NCBI GenBank assembly: GCA_016930515.1
Contig: JAFGGO010000102.1
Span: 1 to 17,365 of the forward strand
Length of the DNA: 17,365 nt
From: Promethearchaeota archaeon
GTDB taxonomy: Archaea; Asgardarchaeota; Lokiarchaeia; Sigyniarchaeales; SOKP01
Reading direction: 5' to 3'
Part shown: in pieces, positions 9,135 through 17,365 of the stretch
How the letters are laid out: each line of letters begins with the position of its first letter
Numbering within the stretch: the first letter of the stretch is position 1
The notes under the pieces: generated by a model
Told to the model about the DNA's origin: nothing
The model's database searches: none
What the model saw: only the letters and a program-made list of their open reading frames with translations
Position numbers and translations under genes: made by a program

Positions 9135-9294
9135 ATTTTAAACCTTATTGCGTATTTCTAAAAACGCTGGTAAATTCTCGTAAATATGGTTTGAAAATGA
9201 ACCATTCAATAAAATTTTTTCTTATATTTAGATAAATCAGATATAGAGGAGGGGATTATTTCACTCGTAATTAAAATTATTTAACAAAACAATT

Positions 9295-10242
9295 CTAAAC
9301 CATTTCAATTTTTAAAATAGGAATGATCATCTCTTGTAGTATTTGATCTGATTCTGCCCACAAGTAAAAAAGCTTGTTCTTAATAGGAACAATCACAGCT
9401 TTTCCGATCTCTCTAAAGTTACTATCTTCAATATTCACCATATCGTTCTCCTCCACATTGACCTTGGTAAAGTATTCCGATTTTCGAAATTCCTCCATGC
9501 TAGTTCCCATCTTGAAAACGGGGAATATTTTCTTATCAATTTCTATAGTATCATCGAGAAATTGAAATTCCTTTATATCAAAAAAATACGATTTCATTTC
9601 TTTAGTTTTCTTTTTCAACCGATTAACAAAAAATTGTAGAGCGTTTTTATCTTTTTCAATGTTGTAATCAAAAATGAACAAGTGATAACTATTATCCTTC
9701 AAGTATCGTGCGTGTGGAGCGTAGAGCATGCAGTCGTAAACTACATAATCTAAGAGAGGCATCTCCTTTCTAACTATGAGAGATTTGACCTTCCAACCTT
9801 TATCCATGAGCGGTTTAAAATATGGTTTGATAAAATCGTCAATGTCTTCGTATTTTAATTCAATACCATTAGAATAAATTTTATCCAATTCATTGGAGTG
9901 TTCGATCTTTAATTCCTTAAGAAATTCAAGTTCTTTCCGTTTTTTAGATATCACTCTTTCATAGTAATCGGTAGGTTTCGTTGCAATAAATATCGTGGCG
10001 TTTTTTGATGTATCTGCTTGACCCCTTTCCATGACTACCTTCATATTGACAAGTTTTCGTAGTGTGGAATATATCGTCGTTCTTTTCATATTTCCTGGAA
10101 GTGCATGGATGAGTTCCTTAACAATGCTCCCCCTATTTCCCGACTTAATCAGCGTGAAATATACTAAAGCTTCCTTATAATTCAAACCTGTATTTTGAAA
10201 TATTTGCACGAAATTTTTTTCTTTCTGAAACCGACTCATCAT
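9295..10242 (-). CDS. TrmB-like helix-turn-helix transcriptional regulator
   Basis: N-terminal GLNYKEALVYFTLI...KRTTIYSTLRKLV...FIATKP matches the TrmB winged-HTH pattern, followed by a coiled-coil. The C-terminal domain was not recognised. Confidence 0.72.
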   Translation of the reverse strand: MMSRFQKEKNFVQIFQNTGLNYKEALVYFTLIKSGNRGSIVKELIHALPGNMKRTTIYSTLRKLVNMKVVMERGQADTSKNATIFIATKPTDYYERVISKKRKELEFLKELKIEHSNELDKIYSNGIELKYEDIDDFIKPYFKPLMDKGWKVKSLIVRKEMPLLDYVVYDCMLYAPHARYLKDNSYHLFIFDYNIEKDKNALQFFVNRLKKKTKEMKSYFFDIKEFQFLDDTIEIDKKIFPVFKMGTSMEEFRKSEYFTKVNVEENDMVNIEDSNFREIGKAVIVPIKNKLFYLWAESDQILQEMIIPILKIEMV

Positions 10243-10272
10243 ATATTTTAATTTTTATTTGTATTTAAGATT

Positions 10273-10291
10273 TGTCGATCTGTTTTCGACA
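10273..10291. promoter_or_regulatory. Candidate operator TGTCGA-N7-TCGACA between divergent promoters
   Basis: Perfect 6-bp inverted repeat between a minus-strand TATA-like TTAAATA (~10262-10268) and a plus-strand TTTAAAAA (10300-10307). Confidence 0.45.
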
Positions 10292-10375
10292 CGATAACAT
10301 TTAAAAATAAGAGGGATTTTACATTATTATCAACATGTTAAATGATAAAATCTAACAAATTCTAGAGGTTTTTTC

Positions 10376-11257
10376 TTGAGTGATTTGAATCTTGAAAACA
10401 TTAGTTTTGAAAAATATCATGGACTAGGAAACGATTATATCCTCCTTAACGATATTGAATTGGCCATTCCAGAAGAAAAAAAAGGCGAACTCGCCAAGCA
10501 ATTATGTCGATTCCATTTTTCAATAGGAGCAGATGGCGTGATATTTGTCTGTAGCTCAAAAAAAGCAGACATTAAAATGAGGATTTTTAACGCCGATGGA
10601 TCAGAAGCAGAAATGTGTGGGAATGGAATTCGATGCTTCTCAAAACACATATACGAGCGAAATATCGTAAAAAAAGACCTTATTCAAGTTGAAACTCTCA
10701 AGATCGTCACGATAGCCGAATTAAATGTGCGGGACGGCGAAGTAAAAACCGTAAAAATCGACATGGGTCCACCAATATTGGAGTGCGATAAAATACCTGT
10801 CAAGACAAATAAAAATACGGGAAAATGCTTAAACGAAGAAATTGCTGTCTTAGATAAAATTTTCAATTTTTCAGCAGTATCGATGGGTAACCCCCACGCG
10901 GTCATTTTCGTGAAGAAACAACTCACAAACGACGAATTAAATCGATATGGCAATCTCATCGAGTCCCATCATTATTTTCCTAACAAGATAAATGTTGAAT
11001 TTGTCACCATAAAATCAAAAACAGAAGCCAATCTTCGAGTATTCGAAAGAGGAGTAGGGATCACGAATTCGTGCGGAACGGGTACATGCGCTGCCGTGGT
11101 TGCAGGAACTATTTTAGGGATATTTGAAAAGAAGGCTCCCGTGATTGTACACAATGATGGAGGAGTCCTTATAATAACCTATACGGGGAAAACTGTATAC
11201 ATGGAAGGACCAGTTGAGCGAGTATTTGTCGGGACTATCGAAAAATTAACAATTTAA
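10376..11257 (+). CDS. dapF: Diaminopimelate epimerase
   Basis: FEKYHGLGNDY, IGADG, IFNADGSEAEMCGNGIRC, VSMGNPHAV, INVEFV, RVFERGVG, SCGTG. Both catalytic Cys present; TTG start. Confidence 0.95.
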   Translation: MSDLNLENISFEKYHGLGNDYILLNDIELAIPEEKKGELAKQLCRFHFSIGADGVIFVCSSKKADIKMRIFNADGSEAEMCGNGIRCFSKHIYERNIVKKDLIQVETLKIVTIAELNVRDGEVKTVKIDMGPPILECDKIPVKTNKNTGKCLNEEIAVLDKIFNFSAVSMGNPHAVIFVKKQLTNDELNRYGNLIESHHYFPNKINVEFVTIKSKTEANLRVFERGVGITNSCGTGTCAAVVAGTILGIFEKKAPVIVHNDGGVLIITYTGKTVYMEGPVERVFVGTIEKLTI

Positions 11258-11268
11258 AGGGAATCAAT

Positions 11269-12582
11269 ATGAAATACGAAAAGTGGTTAAAAAACAAGGA
11301 ACTAGAATATCTGGAAGACACCCTGCATTTCGGAGGCATGAATGTGATCGATTTAGCAGAAAGATACGGAACACCCGTTTACATTATCAACGAACAGCTC
11401 CTGAGAAAAAGGTACAAAGAACTTAAATCGTTGTTAGATAATACTTATAAGAAAAATGAGATCCATTACGCAGTGAAAGCGAATTCAAACCTTTCAGTTC
11501 TCAGTATCTTGAACTCAGAGGGTGCGTCCTTCGATTGTTCGTCCGTAGGAGAGATTCACGCCTGTTTTAAGGCAGGAATCAAGCCAGAAAAGATATTTTA
11601 TACGGGAAACATGTTCACGAACGAGGATTTTAAATACGCAATTGAAAATAATGTCCGCATAAATTTAGATAGTGTAAGTCAGATATCGCGCTTAGCACGA
11701 ATGTACGATGGGTTGGACAACAAGAAACAAACTTTTTCAGTGCGTTTTAATCCTGAATTCGGAGCAGGTCATCATCCACACACTATCACGGGAGGGAGAA
11801 ACATCAAATTTGGTATATTAGAAGAGCAAATGGTCGAGGCATACTCTCTCGCCCGTGAATTGGGATTTGAAACTTTTGGAACCCACATGCATATAGGTTC
11901 TGGTATTATTGATGCTCAAGATTACCAAAAAGCCACAGAAAAATATCTATCGACCATAACCAGAGTTTCTGAAACACTTGGAATCTCTTTCGACTTCGTT
12001 GATTTTGGAGGTGGCCTTGGAATCCCTTATAGACCCGATCAAGACCCCCTCGATTTGCAGGCTTACAATAACATCGTCATAGATCAATTTAAGACATTAG
12101 TTAATCGAGGTACGATCGGAGAACCTACACTAAAAATCGAGCCCGGGCGATATATCGCAGGTGAAGCGAGCGTGTTGATAACCCAGATTAATACAATCAA
12201 GAATAACGGATATAAACTATTTGCTGGCGTGAATGCGGGTTTTAACACGCTCGTAAGACCTACCATGTATGGATCCTATCATCATATTGTCCCTTGTGTT
12301 AAAACTAACGGTTCGAATATTCTCTCATACGATATTGTAGGTCCTATTTGCGAGTCTGGAGACGTTCTAGGGAAAGAAAGAGGAATTACAGAGCTCAAAG
12401 AAGGAGATTATTTAGCAGTCCTCGATGCAGGAGCGTACGGATTTACCATGAGTAGCCCGTATAATTCAAGACCGAGACCTGCTGAAATACTCATTAATAT
12501 GGGGAATTCTTACCTCGTTCGGAAAGCAGAATCTTACGACGACCTTCTCGAGCTCCAAAAAATACCAGATTATTTGAAATGA
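11269..12582 (+). CDS. lysA: Diaminopimelate decarboxylase
   Basis: YGTPVY, HYAVKAN (PLP Lys), KFG, HMHIGS, DFGGGLG, IEPGR, GPICESGD, AGAYG, SPYNSRPRPAE. Confidence 0.95.
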   Translation: MKYEKWLKNKELEYLEDTLHFGGMNVIDLAERYGTPVYIINEQLLRKRYKELKSLLDNTYKKNEIHYAVKANSNLSVLSILNSEGASFDCSSVGEIHACFKAGIKPEKIFYTGNMFTNEDFKYAIENNVRINLDSVSQISRLARMYDGLDNKKQTFSVRFNPEFGAGHHPHTITGGRNIKFGILEEQMVEAYSLARELGFETFGTHMHIGSGIIDAQDYQKATEKYLSTITRVSETLGISFDFVDFGGGLGIPYRPDQDPLDLQAYNNIVIDQFKTLVNRGTIGEPTLKIEPGRYIAGEASVLITQINTIKNNGYKLFAGVNAGFNTLVRPTMYGSYHHIVPCVKTNGSNILSYDIVGPICESGDVLGKERGITELKEGDYLAVLDAGAYGFTMSSPYNSRPRPAEILINMGNSYLVRKAESYDDLLELQKIPDYLK

Positions 12583-12617
12583 AATAAACATAAATTTCAT
12601 GCTATCATTATTATATT

Positions 12618-12745
12618 AGGTCATCGGAAAAGAGATCGAACGAGGACTGGATACCCTTTATTCGTTCTCAATGAAGGAACGGCGTTATGAAATCGCCCAT
12701 GCGATTGATGATAAGACTGATCTGCACTGATCGCTTCCGTGACCT
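12618..12745 (+). ncRNA. Candidate structured small RNA, box C/D sRNA-like with kink-turn and long terminal stem
   Basis: ~47% GC (60/128 by hand count) in an AT-rich spacer. The ends pair (AGGTCA-T-CGGAA / TTCCG-TGACCT). Hairpin GAACGAG/TTCGTTC. D'-like ATGA (12687-90) + 6-bp stem AATCGC/GCGATT + C'-like ATGATAA (12708-14) + 12-nt spacer + D box CTGA (12727-30). G-U pairs favour the plus strand. Confidence 0.6.
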
Positions 12746-12814
12746 TATCTGTTTTCGTAAGCATTTCATAAAAAAAAAGAATCAATAACTGAAAAATTAA
12801 GAAATAAAACACCC

Positions 12815-13636
12815 TCATAACCCTAAAACTTCTTTCATGCTGTATACCTTTACATCCTTAGCTTTTGCCAAGAATTTTACAGCCGTGATCGCTCCCGAAG
12901 CAAGACAATTTTGACTATGAACTTGGTGCTTGAGTTCTATACGTTCGCCATTTCCCGCATATAAAACCAAGTGATCGCCTACTATGTCGCCTGCTCGAAT
13001 AGCGTGTATTCCGATCTCCTTGCGGGCGCCTATTTCTCTCTTGTTTGGACCTTTATCCCTGCCATATTTCGCTACACTATCAATGTCCACCCCAATTGCT
13101 TCAGATATCGCCTTTCCAACAGTTAAAGCCGTCCCCGAAGGCGAATCCACTTTTCGATGGTGATGTGCCTCCACTATCTCAATGTCCCAGTCTGCCAAGT
13201 ACTTGGCGAGTTGAGCCGCCACCTCAAAAAATACATTCACACCAGTAGCCATATTGGACGATATTACTGCAGGGGTTTTCTTTTCGTTAACGAGTAAGGT
13301 AAATTCTTCTATAAACGCTCTAGAAAGCGCAGTCGTTCCTATCACGCATCGAATATTAGATTTCACGCAAATAATGCAATTTCTTTCGGTGGCATCCGCT
13401 ATCGTAAAATCAATTGCGACATCAGGTCTTGTTCTTTCAATTATTTCCTGGAGATTGTTGACGTCTTCTATCTTGATTTGATTAGAGCTTTTAATTCCCA
13501 ATAGAAGTGCAAGTTCGTTTCCGATGTTGTTAATATCGCAAGCGGCAACAACCTTTATTTCCTCGTCTTCCAAGGCGAGTCTGCTAATGAGTCTTCCCAT
13601 CGAACCCGTAGGTCCAATTATCAATAATTTAATCAT
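12815..13636 (-). CDS. dapB: 4-hydroxy-tetrahydrodipicolinate reductase
   Basis: IIGPTGSMG Rossmann motif, DVAIDFT, VIGTT, SSNMATGVN, EIVEAHHHRKVDSPSGTA, IRAGDIVGDH. Confidence 0.95.
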   Translation of the reverse strand: MIKLLIIGPTGSMGRLISRLALEDEEIKVVAACDINNIGNELALLLGIKSSNQIKIEDVNNLQEIIERTRPDVAIDFTIADATERNCIICVKSNIRCVIGTTALSRAFIEEFTLLVNEKKTPAVISSNMATGVNVFFEVAAQLAKYLADWDIEIVEAHHHRKVDSPSGTALTVGKAISEAIGVDIDSVAKYGRDKGPNKREIGARKEIGIHAIRAGDIVGDHLVLYAGNGERIELKHQVHSQNCLASGAITAVKFLAKAKDVKVYSMKEVLGL

Positions 13637-13674
13637 TGTAAATTCCTTTCAAATATACGATAAAAATTATAAAT

Positions 13675-14583
13675 TTAAATGAGCTTGAGTTTTTCCAACT
13701 CTTTTCTGATCTTGGCTTGAGTGTCTTCCAATGGGGGTGAAAGCGGGAGCCGTAATCGTCTGCTAGCAATACCCATCAATTCTGCGGCGTATTTGACAGG
13801 CGTCGGATTGGGATCAACAAATAAGACATTAAAAAAGTCGTATAATTCAAGTTGTATTCCACGGGCTTTAGTCCAATTGCCTGCTAACATGGTATCCATG
13901 AATTCTACCATTCTTGCTGGAATCAAATTCGAGGCCACGCTAATAACCCCTTTTCCACCTAGTGCCGTGATGTGAAATGTTAACGAATCGTCTCCGCTGA
14001 GCACTATGAAATCGTCAGGTGTCATTTTAATGACCTTGGTGATTTGATCGATATTTCCAGAGGCGCATTTCATTCCCACGATGTTATCCTTAGTCCTTGC
14101 AAGCTTGGCAACGGTTTCTGGTTCCAAATTTCGAACGGTTCGAGAAGGTACATTGTATAATATTATTGGCAACGATATGGAATCCGCAACGGCAGAAAAG
14201 TGTTCGATAAGCGAATGCTGCGCGGGCTTATTGTAGTAGGGAACTACCGTTAATACACCATCGGCACCAGCTTTTTCTGCATATTCACAGAGAGAAACCG
14301 CCTCTTTCGTTGAGTTACTTCCAGCACCGGCTAAAACAAACGGCTTTTTCTCACTCTTTTTCGCTTCGTCTACCGTTATATCAATCGCTCGATGGTGCTC
14401 TTCGTGCGATAATGTCGGGCTTTCGCCCGTTGTACCCATCGTCAAGGGCAAGCAACCGTTCTCGATTTGAAATCGAATGAACTCCCGGTATTTATCCTCG
14501 TCGATCGAAAGGTCTTCCCTAAATGGCGTTATCATTGCCGTAATCACGCCTTTAATTTCGTTTATTCGGTCAAGTTTAGACAT
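13675..14583 (-). CDS. dapA: 4-hydroxy-tetrahydrodipicolinate synthase
   Basis: TAMITPF, GTTGES, AGAGSNST, PYYNKP, LYNVPSRT, GMK (Schiff-base Lys), SGDD, GVISVASN, NPTPVK; operonic with dapB. Confidence 0.95.
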   Translation of the reverse strand: MSKLDRINEIKGVITAMITPFREDLSIDEDKYREFIRFQIENGCLPLTMGTTGESPTLSHEEHHRAIDITVDEAKKSEKKPFVLAGAGSNSTKEAVSLCEYAEKAGADGVLTVVPYYNKPAQHSLIEHFSAVADSISLPIILYNVPSRTVRNLEPETVAKLARTKDNIVGMKCASGNIDQITKVIKMTPDDFIVLSGDDSLTFHITALGGKGVISVASNLIPARMVEFMDTMLAGNWTKARGIQLELYDFFNVLFVDPNPTPVKYAAELMGIASRRLRLPLSPPLEDTQAKIRKELEKLKLI

Positions 14584-14769
14584 TATATAATCAAGTATGA
14601 TGTTTTAATCGTGCTTTAAAGGATTAAATGATCTAAATGCTTTGATCTTGCTCCTTTAAGGTAATCGTAATAAAGAATAAATAGAATTTATTTTTTATTA
14701 TTAAAATTGTACGAAATTCAAAAATTATATTTTTTTTAGTCTTACATATATTAAAATTTTAAAAAAAAT

Positions 14770-15462
14770 TTAAAAAAAATCTGATAAACTACTACTAACT
14801 TGTTGTTCAATGAAATATAATGTCTTTTGTTTGTCAAGTATTTTTGTTAGTAAGTTAAATTTTTCCATAAGATCGATGTATTTAGAGACTGTATTTATAT
14901 GCATTTGAAGAGCATTAGCAAGTTCCGTTTTAGAAACGCCATGATCGTTTTCATTAAGATATTGAATGATCTTTTTTGTTCTTTTTTTTCTAATAACATA
15001 CATGAGTTTAGCGTTCTTTATCGAGATAGTGGAACTAAAATAAATCTCGTGGTTATCAAAAGTTACCTTTTTTAGAAATCCAAATTCAACAAGAGATTTT
15101 AAGTGCCATGTTACTACATGATTTGGGAAGCCTGTACCTTCCAATATTTTGAGAAAATATGAACCCGGATGTTTCATGACGAATTCATAAATATAATTTC
15201 TCTTTTGGTTTTTCAATATATCATTTCTGATGAGTTTTGAACCTTCAACGATCATTCTTTTATCGATAAGCGATTGTAAATGCTTGAAAATGCCTGTATT
15301 GTTGATATCCACGGACATTAACTTGAATTTCGAATGAATATAAGATAGGATCTTTTTTGTATCAAAAAAGCGATTTTTATCCATATATTCCAATATAACA
15401 TTGAGAACGACTTCTTCTTGTTCTGAAAGGTTAGATGGAATTGAAAGTATCGAATCACACAT
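14770..15462 (-). CDS. Multi-winged-helix DNA-binding protein / transcriptional regulator
   Basis: ILKNQKRNYIYEFVMKHPG...VTWHLKSLVEFGFL and a second HTH SKTELANALQMHINTVSKYIDLM. ATG at 15462 lies 1 nt after the upstream stop (TAA-A-ATG); alternative GTG at 15474. Confidence 0.78.
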   Translation of the reverse strand: MCDSILSIPSNLSEQEEVVLNVILEYMDKNRFFDTKKILSYIHSKFKLMSVDINNTGIFKHLQSLIDKRMIVEGSKLIRNDILKNQKRNYIYEFVMKHPGSYFLKILEGTGFPNHVVTWHLKSLVEFGFLKKVTFDNHEIYFSSTISIKNAKLMYVIRKKRTKKIIQYLNENDHGVSKTELANALQMHINTVSKYIDLMEKFNLLTKILDKQKTLYFIEQQVSSSLSDFF

Positions 15463-15463
15463 T

Positions 15464-17365
15464 TTAGTTACCACGTCCTCTAATGGATTGATTTTTTCTC
15501 ATTTCTTCAATGTATTCCATCCGCTTGTGTGGTGGAAGAGCTAACATTTCTTCAATAAAAGAAATTTTATCTTCCTCATCCCAGTCAAAATCATTAACTC
15601 CGTCGATAAAATCTTTAGAAAGAGCCGTTAAATTTATTTCACCCATATTTAGTAAAGTTTCAATGCCATCATGTCTTTGAAATAAGGAAATAGAATCAAA
15701 ATCGGTTTTAATATTCTTTAATTTCAATGGATTATTACAGACCCAGCAATTTTCGTTCTTTTCTGCCAGGATCAACGCACATTCGTAACAATACTTTGCC
15801 TTACAATGAGGACATACATAAATAATACCTTCTATAGGGCCCCTATGTACTTGACAATTTAACTCGTTTTCAATAATTCCAACTTCCGATTCTAATTGTG
15901 TATTTTTTGAGTATTGATTATTATAGGGCTTGGATTGCTCTACCTTGGTAAAATTATTTATTTTTCCATATTTATTCAACGAATCAGGTTTTGGATCTTT
16001 TAAATTGGATTTTAAAGGAAAGACACGATGTTGAAATTTCGATTTTGTATTGATTAGAGGTTCTCTTGCTTTTTTCTTTCGTTTAGAAAGAAAAATATAT
16101 CCAGTAGGAATTGATACTCCAATGATACTTAAAAATATTATGACAATTATAATAAATCTCATATCCTGTAAACTATTTGATAAACTGAATTCTATCAAGC
16201 AGAAATGTGAGAGTTCATTTGTCGTTATTTCAATATAATTCCCAGATTCATTAAGTTGAGTTGTTAATGAAATCCAAGAGGTTTGAGCTGTGTCATAATG
16301 AAATATACGCAAGTTTTTCGCATTATCTACTCTATTCGGGTCGAAAAAAAAACGAATTGTAATATTTTCCAAAATCGTATCATTCTCCCGCAAATTAGTA
16401 TCCAAAACGGAGAAGTAATAGTAAAATAGCGCCCCAGAGAAGGGTATCGGATTAATAGAAGGGTAACAAGATTGGTTTCGACCAATAAGTAAAGTTCCTT
16501 CAGCATTTAATCTTATTATAATATATAGACCATATTGATTTCTGAAATCATAAATTCGAGTAATAAGTCCCTGATGAGAGGAATTTGCATTTATAGTGAA
16601 ATAAACAATATCAGAAGCGAAATAAGTTCCCAAACTACTGTTACCAAATACTTGAACAAAGTGAATACCACAAGCAGGCATAACTATTGTGGAGTTGCCA
16701 TAGATAGTTTTGTTTTCAACACCATCCAATGAATATGCTAACCACTCAAGCTCCTTTTTACTTTGAAAACTGAGAAGCAACCCTTCATTTAAGTTATCAC
16801 CAACATTATAGTTAGAATCCCAGGAAAATCCGAAGGCATCCCAAAAACCATAGAAAATATCTGCATTTCCTGAAGTGAAGAGAATAATATTATCAACATC
16901 TAGAATAGTACTCATTGAAAATTCACCAAATTCCATCCCATTAATATAAACCCTCCATGTATATTGATCTGATAAGCCCTCGTAAGAGTTACCAAAAGAG
17001 CAGCGAAATCTAATGGATATATGATAAAATTGATTAGATACATGAGAGCCAAATCCATTTGGATTCCAAGAACCGTTCCAATATGTCCATTTTCCATCAC
17101 ATCTCATCTTCAACCCAAAAATATCGGTGTTTCCGCTTTTGAACATTATATTAAGATTTGGAGCAGAAGATTGATAGTTATCATAACCCATATAAAATTC
17201 AATCGAACCATGTGATTGTGAGCCGAAAAAGCACGATAGACTTGCATTATGATCTGTATTTAATTTATTACGGGTCACCACCTGGTAATTAGCTCCAATC
17301 CCGCTGTATCGCAAGTAAAACGAGGATGGAAACGTTCCGACTGCGTAAGATTCGAAATCTTCTTC
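15464..17365 (-). CDS. Large single-pass membrane protein (5'-truncated): lectin/ConA-like and Ig-like ectodomains, TM helix, cytoplasmic RING-like zinc finger
   Basis: The frame stays open to the window edge (EEDFESYAVGTFPSSFY precedes the TTG at 17314). TM at 16088-16156 followed by SKRKKK. C-x2-H-x10-C-x2-C-x4-C-x2-C-x10-C-x2-C at 15737-15856. Acidic helical C-terminal domain. Confidence 0.75.
   Translation of the reverse strand, partial: EEDFESYAVGTFPSSFYLRYSGIGANYQVVTRNKLNTDHNASLSCFFGSQSHGSIEFYMGYDNYQSSAPNLNIMFKSGNTDIFGLKMRCDGKWTYWNGSWNPNGFGSHVSNQFYHISIRFRCSFGNSYEGLSDQYTWRVYINGMEFGEFSMSTILDVDNIILFTSGNADIFYGFWDAFGFSWDSNYNVGDNLNEGLLLSFQSKKELEWLAYSLDGVENKTIYGNSTIVMPACGIHFVQVFGNSSLGTYFASDIVYFTINANSSHQGLITRIYDFRNQYGLYIIIRLNAEGTLLIGRNQSCYPSINPIPFSGALFYYYFSVLDTNLRENDTILENITIRFFFDPNRVDNAKNLRIFHYDTAQTSWISLTTQLNESGNYIEITTNELSHFCLIEFSLSNSLQDMRFIIIVIIFLSIIGVSIPTGYIFLSKRKKKAREPLINTKSKFQHRVFPLKSNLKDPKPDSLNKYGKINNFTKVEQSKPYNNQYSKNTQLESEVGIIENELNCQVHRGPIEGIIYVCPHCKAKYCYECALILAEKNENCWVCNNPLKLKNIKTDFDSISLFQRHDGIETLLNMGEINLTALSKDFIDGVNDFDWDEEDKISFIEEMLALPPHKRMEYIEEMRKNQSIRGRGN

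Noticed and set aside
12580-12745. Selenocysteine read-through of the lysA TGA with a downstream SECIS (AUGA...GA motif present)
   Set aside because: LysA ends at a normal length, the read-through peptide is not meaningful, and the helix above AUGA/GA pairs poorly for a SECIS.
12618-12745. tRNA, 5S rRNA, lysine riboswitch, hammerhead ribozyme or Y RNA identity for the structured element
   Set aside because: No paired T-arm, no 5S signature, too short and wrongly placed for an L-box, no CUGAUGA core, and no bulged-C Ro60 helix.
12621-12818. 65-aa minus-strand ORF overlapping the dapB stop
   Set aside because: No recognisable motif, and its N-terminus comes from a T-rich terminator-like tract; the GC-rich part is better explained by the structured RNA.
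827-17215. Numerous 60-112 aa ORFs nested in or antisense to the long genes, plus 3290-3478
   Set aside because: Shadow ORFs of well-supported CDSs with no independent motifs.
17312-17314. TTG given as the start of the 616-aa ORF
   Set aside because: The frame is open to the window end and no signal peptide follows the TTG, so the true start lies outside the window.

Overview
AT-rich archaeal chromosomal window, most likely from an Asgard archaeon (Lokiarchaeia-like). This is an inference from a Loki-CTERM/PGF-type sorting signal, an archaeal CdhD, TrmB and winged-helix regulators and Loki-style surface proteins. Left to right: a double-cubane-cluster/2-hydroxyacyl-CoA dehydratase-family protein; a 57-aa Lys/Gly-rich amphipathic small protein; a stand-alone cdhD; three tandem paralogous membrane-anchored proteins of an uncharacterised HTSHGxQ/MWxWC family; a Loki-CTERM surface protein; leuD-leuC; a TrmB-like regulator; a diaminopimelate lysine cluster (dapF-lysA convergent with dapA-dapB); a winged-helix regulator; and a 5'-truncated single-pass membrane protein with a cytoplasmic RING-like zinc finger. 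The two best leads are (1) an unannotated ~128-nt structured RNA with box C/D and kink-turn geometry between lysA and dapB, and (2) the ectodomain-TM-RING protein coupled to a winged-helix transcription factor, a candidate transmembrane signalling module. No CRISPR array, rRNA, tRNA or mobile element was recognised. All calls are by-eye motif recognition; no searches were run.
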